Shown here in pieces: positions 56,965 through 64,000 of a stretch of DNA of 64,000 bases. Origin of the DNA: Sphagnum compactum (Eukaryota); the NCBI GenBank assembly GCA_965153455.1, contig OZ234494.1, positions 4,402,001 to 4,466,000 on the forward strand, written 5' to 3'. Position numbers and translations under genes: made by a program. Position 1 is the stretch's first letter. Every line of letters starts with the position of its first letter. The notes below the pieces were generated by a model. It saw only the letters and a program-made list of their open reading frames with translations, was not told where the DNA came from and searched no databases.

Positions 56965-59900
56965 TGTTATCGATACTAAACATTAGGAGTTTGCTAGTAT
57001 TCCAAACAAGTTACAACTAGTGAATGCTCGCAGAATACCAAAGTCCTTTGGTATACACTAGTATAAAGACTCTGATTCTGAGATATGTGAAAAACAGTTT
57101 TGCACATATTCAGTAGAACAACCCATTGTACATCTTTCATGCTTTTCCAATATGGTAAGAGCTTTGAAATTTTCTGTAATAGGTTGTGTAACATAAAGAT
57201 ATGTTCTTATAATGAATAAAATTGATTTCATAATGAAAGAATTGGAATTATCAAAAACAATTCTTCAATCCTTGGTCAAGTTAGTTTCACTAAAATGCAT
57301 GAAGTGATTTATCAATAATCCAAATAGAGTAAAACATCAAAATGTCTCAGTTGATATTAGCCGCATTCCCAAAATTGGTGGAACATATTTCCATGTTTGG
57401 AAACATAGACTAGCATTATTGTTCAAAACACAAAAGCTTTGTGTGTTTGATCAATAGCTAATGGAACTAAAACCAAACCAATGACACCCACATTTGCACA
57501 AATAAAAATAAGGGCTATTGCAATTCCTATGATATGGGTAGATAATATTAATAATTGGGAGGAGTGAAAAACACTCTCAATGATTAATAATTGTTTAGAC
57601 AACAAAATGGTCTCACATGTACGATTATCTAAGACAACAACCCATGAAGCATGTCTAGAATTTAAGTAAATTGTTTAAGTCATAAGATTTGTTTTTAACG
57701 ATAAAATGCTAACACTTCAAGTAAGAGAAGATCATAGCATAACAAAACACATACCTACCTTCAAATCCCTACTTGAACAACTTTGTTACAATAGGAGCAT
57801 TGATTTCTAACAATGAGACTATTTTTCCCCTTATGAAAAATATGCCCTTTAGTTTTCAAAACCTCTTAAATTCAATGACAAAGCAATCTAATCTTACTTT
57901 ACAATCTCTAATCACATATTTAGTATTTTTTTAAAATAATGAAAAGCATCAATTCTATGTCTAATAGTGGTACAATCTGTTTATGTAGTCTAAAAGAAAT
58001 CACAACAAGGTCAAAAAATATATTTGAATTCATTCATCATGACATTTGTGATTCTTTACAAACACACACATATGGGGTGGCACACTATTTTAAAGTTTTA
58101 TTCAAGATACATTACAATCTATTTGCTAAAACATGAATCAATTTTTTTTGAAAAAATTCAACATTTCAAGAAACAAGTAGAAGCGGAAACCAATTAAAAA
58201 AATCAAAATCTTAAGGTCCTATGATGGAGGTGAATATAAGTCAAATGATTTTAATATCTTTTGTTAAGAACATGATATAAAAAGGCAATTTAGTATTTCA
58301 TATAACCTTCAACAAAACGAAATAAATGAAAGGAAAAATAGAACATTGATAGGGGTTGTTTTAGTAATGTTTTTCCATATTAATATTCCTAGAAGTCATA
58401 TTGGGGTGAAGCTTTAATTATTGCCAATTATTTACAAAACATGACTCCAATTAAGACTTTAAATGAGAAGACACCTTTTGGAGTATGGTCAAGAATTAAA
58501 CTTACATTAACACACTTAAAAGTATTTGCCTCCTATGGTTATGTTTTAATGCCAAAAGAAAATAGACAAAATCTTGATTCTCATTCCATAGTTTGCATTT
58601 TCTTAAGTTGTAGTTAGGAATTTAAAACATATTTATACGGAGATATTAGAAGGTTAATCATGACATTTTAGCACAATTTGGTATGAAAATTATTGAAACA
58701 TATTTATGGGTTAAGATAATCTTCTTGAGCATGGCGTGAAAGATTTGACACTTTTCTCCATCACATCAACTTCAAACAAATGGAAGTTGATCCAAATGTT
58801 TATATCCAAGTTTTATGAAAGTGTGAACTTCATCATTTTGACTATCTATGTTGATGATGGCATTGTGATGATTCCCAACCTCATTTTAACACATGAATTA
58901 AAGACAATTATTGAAATTTAGAAATTCGACATGACTTATGAAGATGATATTTGACATGATTTATGAAGAATATTTGATATGTCCAAGTATAACCTTGTTT
59001 TCACACCTCTTAAGGTATGTACAAAATTATCAAAGGAGATGAACCCCAAAATCCAAAAAACAAACCACAAATGAAATCCATTCCATATGTTCAAGTTATT
59101 AACAACTTAATGCATAATAGTGTCAACACATAACTTGATTGTTTTTATATAATCGATTCTTTGGCTCAATTTTTATCAAATCCTAGATCAACGCATTGGT
59201 AAACATTGAAACATACCCTAAGATATATTAAAGCCATTCCAAATGTTGGAACTAGACATCAACATCAAAATGATGGCCACATTTTGTGTAATTTTTGAAT
59301 GTTGATTGGGTTAGTAATAAATAATTTTCAGGTGGTATTTTGACATGGTCCAACAAAAAACAAACTTCAATTGTTTTATCTAGCACAAAATCCAAATATA
59401 TAGTTATATTGAAAACAATTACTACAGCCATTTGGATGTACATGTCACTTCATGAATTTAGTTTTCCTCAAATTGCACCTACAACAATTTACTTTGATAA
59501 TCAAAGTGTTATAACCTTCACAACAAACCTTAATTCTAGAAGTAAAACATATTGACAAACAATGTCATTTCACCCATGATCAAATTTTAGTTAAAGAAAT
59601 CACATTGGTTTATGAAGGTTGTCAACTTGATTTCATACCAATTTGAATTTTTTAAAACATTAAATTAAATCCAAGCATTCATGTTGTGGACCTTTGAAAT
59701 ACTCCATCAATATTTAGCAATTGCCTCTTTTGACCAAGCTAATGAACCATCCATGTTCCCATACCCTTTGTTTTGTTTTAAAATGAGAGATCATATCATC
59801 TCTACCATAAAACATTTGAAATTAATGAACCAATGTGTTCACAAAAGATTAAAAAACCATATTCACAACATGACAACACTAAGTTTAGTTCACTTGGATA

Positions 59901-60862
59901 TAAATATGTGCAAAACAAGGGTGTATGTACTATATGATGGTTCATGTTCAAGAGATACAACACTCCATACAAGTCCTTAACAAGTTTTTTTTTTAAGAGT
60001 CAAAATGGAGATGGTTGATATTTCATAAAATTTTCATTATTGTAATATTTGACTATTAAATTCTCACCCATGTACGAACATTTTAAACCTAGGTCAAAGC
60101 TTATATAAAAAGATGTTGATGTCATTTATTATGGTGGATGCAATTTGCAAACCCCAAAAGGAAAGTCCAACAAAGCTCATTAGAAGGTATTTAATATTTT
60201 TGTTTAATATGCTACCCAATGCAACTTTAGTGCAAGGGGACCTCAAAAGAAAGACAAGTTTACTTCATGGTGACATCGAACAAGGTAGACAACATTATGG
60301 TGGCCACCAAGTTAGGAGAACAAACCATGTAAAACAACTTACAACACCCAAAGGAATGCAACATGTTGTCATAAAACAACAAAATGGAAAAGTGAAAAAA
60401 AAGTTTAAAGGAGGAAACTAACCAAAAGATGATGCTCGTAACTAATATTAAAAATCGATATTATCATTAAAGATTTGAAACTTTTTGGGGTCAAAGCCAC
60501 ACAATCATTTCAAAAGAATATGTAATTCTTTTAAAATTTTGTATAAACACATAATAAAATAATGGTTCTATCAATAAGAAGTCTCAAAAGATTACTCAAA
60601 CACACCTTAGAAAACCATAACACTATTTTTTTTTACATGTACAAAACACTAGTAAAGGAAAGGGAGTGTCAACAATAGTGGGTATTAGTAATATATTAAT
60701 ATTCTAACAATACACAACTAGTGAATACTCACAATATATCAAAGGATATCTACTCTTACACTAGTGTAAGTATAAGGACTTTGATTCTAAACTCTTCTAA
60801 GATATGTGAAAAATAATTTACAAACAAAACAACCCATGTACATCTTTCATGTTTTTCCAATA
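56965..60862 (+). mobile_element. Degenerate Ty1/copia LTR retrotransposon
   Basis: Diverged LTRs of about 190 bp (56965-57152 and 60667-60862), both starting TGT and ending ccaata. PBS-like tggtaagagc at 57153 resembles tRNA-iMet TGGTATCAGAGC. PPT aaaggaaagggag precedes the 3' LTR. Broken integrase (IHHDIC, DGGEY, QQNEINERKNRTL), RT (IYVDD) and RNase H (WSNKKQTSIVLSST) occur in copia order. Confidence 0.88.
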
Positions 60863-62443
60863 TAAAAATTATCATGAACCCAAAATCATGAAGACCCCAT
60901 TTAATTTTGCAACGAATTCAATGTTGTCCTTGATGTTCATCCCTTCACAAATAGGAACACATATTCAACAAATATATACCTATAGTTCAAACTTTTTCAT
61001 AGCAAAAAGGAAAGAATATGGTAACCCTTTCAAAGTTGGGTTCTATAGATTTGTATTATTGTAACAACTAGTTTTTAAGTATGACATGTTGTTTAAAACA
61101 AATAGACATTTGAACACAACTAAATTTAATATGATGATTCTCATTTGCATGGCCATTGAAATTGTAAACCATGAAAAAGGTTGTGAAAGTGCCTACATGT
61201 TGTTAGTTTGTGAAACATTTGAATTAATAATTAATTAGTTAATATTTAACAAATTTTTTATTTAACACATACAAAGATCAAATATGTGTTTAATACATGA
61301 TTAATATGTATCATTAATTGTAATTAAGAATGTAACTAATAACTAATTAATTAACATTTACAGAAATTATATTTGTGATTAATGCCAAGTTAACAATGAT
61401 TGTTCAAAAGATGAGATGTTCAAGATGTTTTTAACGATCGCAAAATGAAACACCTTGTTGGACAATGTAAAATCATATTTAAGCTGGCCATGAAAATATT
61501 GTAGTGTCACACCTAGTTTTGGTGTAAGTTCAAAAAAAATTCCCATAATGTAACTAATAAGGTGTTTTCCAACTCCTTCATGCTTTCTATCCACCACTAA
61601 ATTTTTACAATAGAAATGGAGTATAACATCTCAACCCCAAGTCTCCAAAAACTTGCAATTCTGAAAATGCTTTTATTCCAAACTCCTATCAAATTAGCTT
61701 TCATGATTCTACATCACATGTTTGAAATTGCATTGCAATAAGGACATTCGGAGTATGTTAGATTTTCATTTGAATGAAAATGTGCTTGAAGTTGTGGAAT
61801 GGAAAGCCTTGGGATTTGTGTGGGGTTGTTGTTGATACTTAAAGAAAAAGCCAAAGGTGCAAAGTAATCAATTCATTTGCAATTGCTGGTTGCCCAAGTG
61901 TAAAGAACCAGTATAATAACACTAGAATCATGGTAATCCCAAAGCTTGCCCATTCATTGTCCTCTCTGCCTCAACAAAGGGATGGCAGTGTGTCACCACC
62001 ACCACCTTACACATACGTTGCGTCGTCTGGTATCCTCTCGAACAAGTAAGTGACTTGTCACACACATAATGGCGCTCAAGGATGATAATTATTCAACATA
62101 CTAAATTGAAAACACATGGACGTCAGCAATGGAGAAGCTCAAGTGAATTAGTCCCCTTCTTCTACCAGAAAAATTGTTTCTATGGACTTCACATGACCCT
62201 AAAATGTAGGGTTACCAAACCTTTTAGTTTACACTTTACGTGCTTTTGGCGTAAGCCTTGCGTGCATTTGAAGCTTGGCGGGTTTTGTGAGTAAAGAGGG
62301 ATGTTAAAGAACTGCGATCCAAGCTTTAGTTGAATGTGGAACATATCGGCTGCATCGGGTTCGGAATTCTCGGTATAATTTTGGTCTTTCATTCAGGTTT
62401 TGTCTCCCAGGATTGAGAGACAGAGACACACCTACACACAGAG

Positions 62444-63047
62444 ATGTCACAGTTGCCAGCTTCAGTCGTCTGCTTCCTGATTTTGTGGCTATGGCTACCT
62501 CGCATAATTTTTTTGCATGCCAAAGAGTGTACCAACATTCCAACAGAATACTTCTCTCATTCCCTACGTGCACGTAGCATTCCACAGCAGCAGCTTCATT
62601 ACGCTTCTGCGAGTTTGGATAACCTAGGAAAAACAGATGTGGTCACATCAGTGGAGTCATCTCTCCACGAGGCGGCTCTTTCAAGTTTTCAAGAACTGGA
62701 GCAGAGCAGTGCGGAGAAACTTTTGCCGCAACTGAGAAGATCATTTTCGGAGAATTCTCTCCAAGGGGATTTCTCGGTAGGACAAAATCAGGACGTGAAG
62801 TTTGGCAGATCTAGATCGCAGATTGGAGCGGTTAAGGGAATTTTGAAAGAAGTTTCATTGCACAATGTGAGACTCACACCGGGTTCGCCACAGGCAGTAG
62901 CTCAGGAAACAAACCTTCAGTACTTGTTAATGCTAGATGTGGACCGCATGGTATGGAATTTTCGCAAGACTGCGGAACTGGAAGCTCCTGGTACGCCTTA
63001 TGGAGGTTGGGAATCCCCTACATCCGAGCTTCGTGGCCACTTCGTAG
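62444..63047 (+). CDS. Glycoside hydrolase family 127 / DUF1680 (beta-L-arabinofuranosidase-like) secreted protein, exon 1; the gene continues beyond the window
   Basis: Signal-peptide-like N-terminus, AKECTN, LKEVSLHNVRL, AQETNLQYLLMLDVDRMVWNFRKTA, YGGWE..ELRGHFVG, then a GT donor at 63048. Confidence 0.92.
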
Positions 63048-63093
63048 GTCAATCTTCAACCCTAACCCCAACATAGCTCCTAGCTTCACATCC

Positions 63094-63740
63094 GTTCACA
63101 GTGACTGTTATCTGCCTTTTATCGTTTGTTGAAGTGTCTGTGTAAGGAATTCCTTTTTGCACATTGTGATTTCCTTGTTCCTGTGATGGAAAAGAATCAT
63201 ATTCGTTCACAGTGGCTCTTCTCTGCCTTTTATTGATTGTTTGAGTCTCTGCGTGAGGAATTCCCTTGTGCACAATTGTGATGTTCCTTGATCCTGTGAT
63301 GGAAAAGAATCATATTCGTTCCCAGTGGCTATTCTCTGCCTTTTATTGATTGCTTGAGTGCTAGCCAACATCACGTCTGAGTCTTCCCATTGCTTCCGGA
63401 AAGGCAACAGAAACTCAGGACGCAGATTGTGTATAATGGTTTGCCCAAGTTTTTTGGGAAGATTATTATATGCTTATCTACACCCACTGTTGGGAGCTGA
63501 TGAACTCAGTGGGTAGTCATGGCAGCTCGTCACTGCCGTTCGTGATGAAGGTGATGGTCTGTCACTTCGTGAGCGACTCTCATGAGGTTATGACTGCACT
63601 CATTGTCGTGTTACCTTTAATTGTTGTTGTGGAGATTTCTCTGCAACTTCATCGATCTCTTCATTGTTTGAGGCTCAGTGTGAGGAATTCCCTTGTGCAC
63701 AATTGTGATGTTCCTTGTTCCTGTGATGGAAAAGAATCAT
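63094..63740 (+). repeat. Tandem repeat of about 113 bp (3 units) in GH127 intron 1, with the third unit interrupted by retroposon copy F
   Basis: gttc(a/c)cagtg..tctgcctttta..ggaattcc..cctgtgatggaaaagaatcat recurs from about 63094, 63204 and 63317, and resumes at about 63663. Confidence 0.9.
63359..63662 (+). mobile_element. Retroposon copy F (young, nearly identical to the 3' part of copy A)
   Basis: About 300 nt with only 2 mismatches seen against 27687-27991. Flanked by attg(c/t)ttgag at 63349-63358 and 63663-63672. Confidence 0.88.
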
Positions 63741-64000
63741 GCCAAGTGAGTGAATGCCTCTTTACCGCTGAGGCTAGAGAGCATTTCTTTACCTGGGGCC
63801 TACAGTCATCCTACTCACAGTAACATTGGTAACAATGCTCCCAGCGCTTCCCATGATACCCTGGAAAGATAATACACTCTATGTTCCTGCAATCTGGATA
63901 ATTGTTTGAACCAGTGAACCATCGTAGTTGAGATAGTCAATGGCTAATTTCTAGGATGTGCCATTTGGTGCAAACATCCTGCTCATTTGGCTACATGCTG

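Overview
Eukaryotic, intron-rich land-plant nuclear DNA. A bryophyte such as a Sphagnum-like moss is inferred from gene and repeat style, not proven. Gene order: ATG6/Beclin-1 (+), plastid quinolinate phosphoribosyltransferase (+), a DAGK-family/LCBK2-like lipid kinase (+), a DnaJ/DnaJ-X protein (-), a TPR protein (-), an unrecognised exon-modular repeat protein with PW-x-K/R-D and TAPFAT motifs (-), a HemE (UROD) pseudogene fragment (+), mitochondrial ribosomal protein mS34 (+) and the first exon of a GH127/DUF1680 glycosidase (+). Intergenic DNA holds a decayed hAT-like transposase, a PHD-bearing LTR remnant, a decayed Ty1/copia element with recognisable LTRs, PBS and PPT, a MITE-like hairpin and several satellites. 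The best hidden signal is a six-copy, non-coding retroposon family. Its copies have variable 5' truncation and no poly(A) tail, five share a 3' end, four have 10-22 bp target-site duplications, and all lie on the strand of the host or nearest upstream gene. Also notable: a U12-type intron in ATG6, a GC-AG intron in mS34, and a 781-bp insertion flanked by a 102-bp duplication. Exon boundaries were read by eye and no database searches were run.
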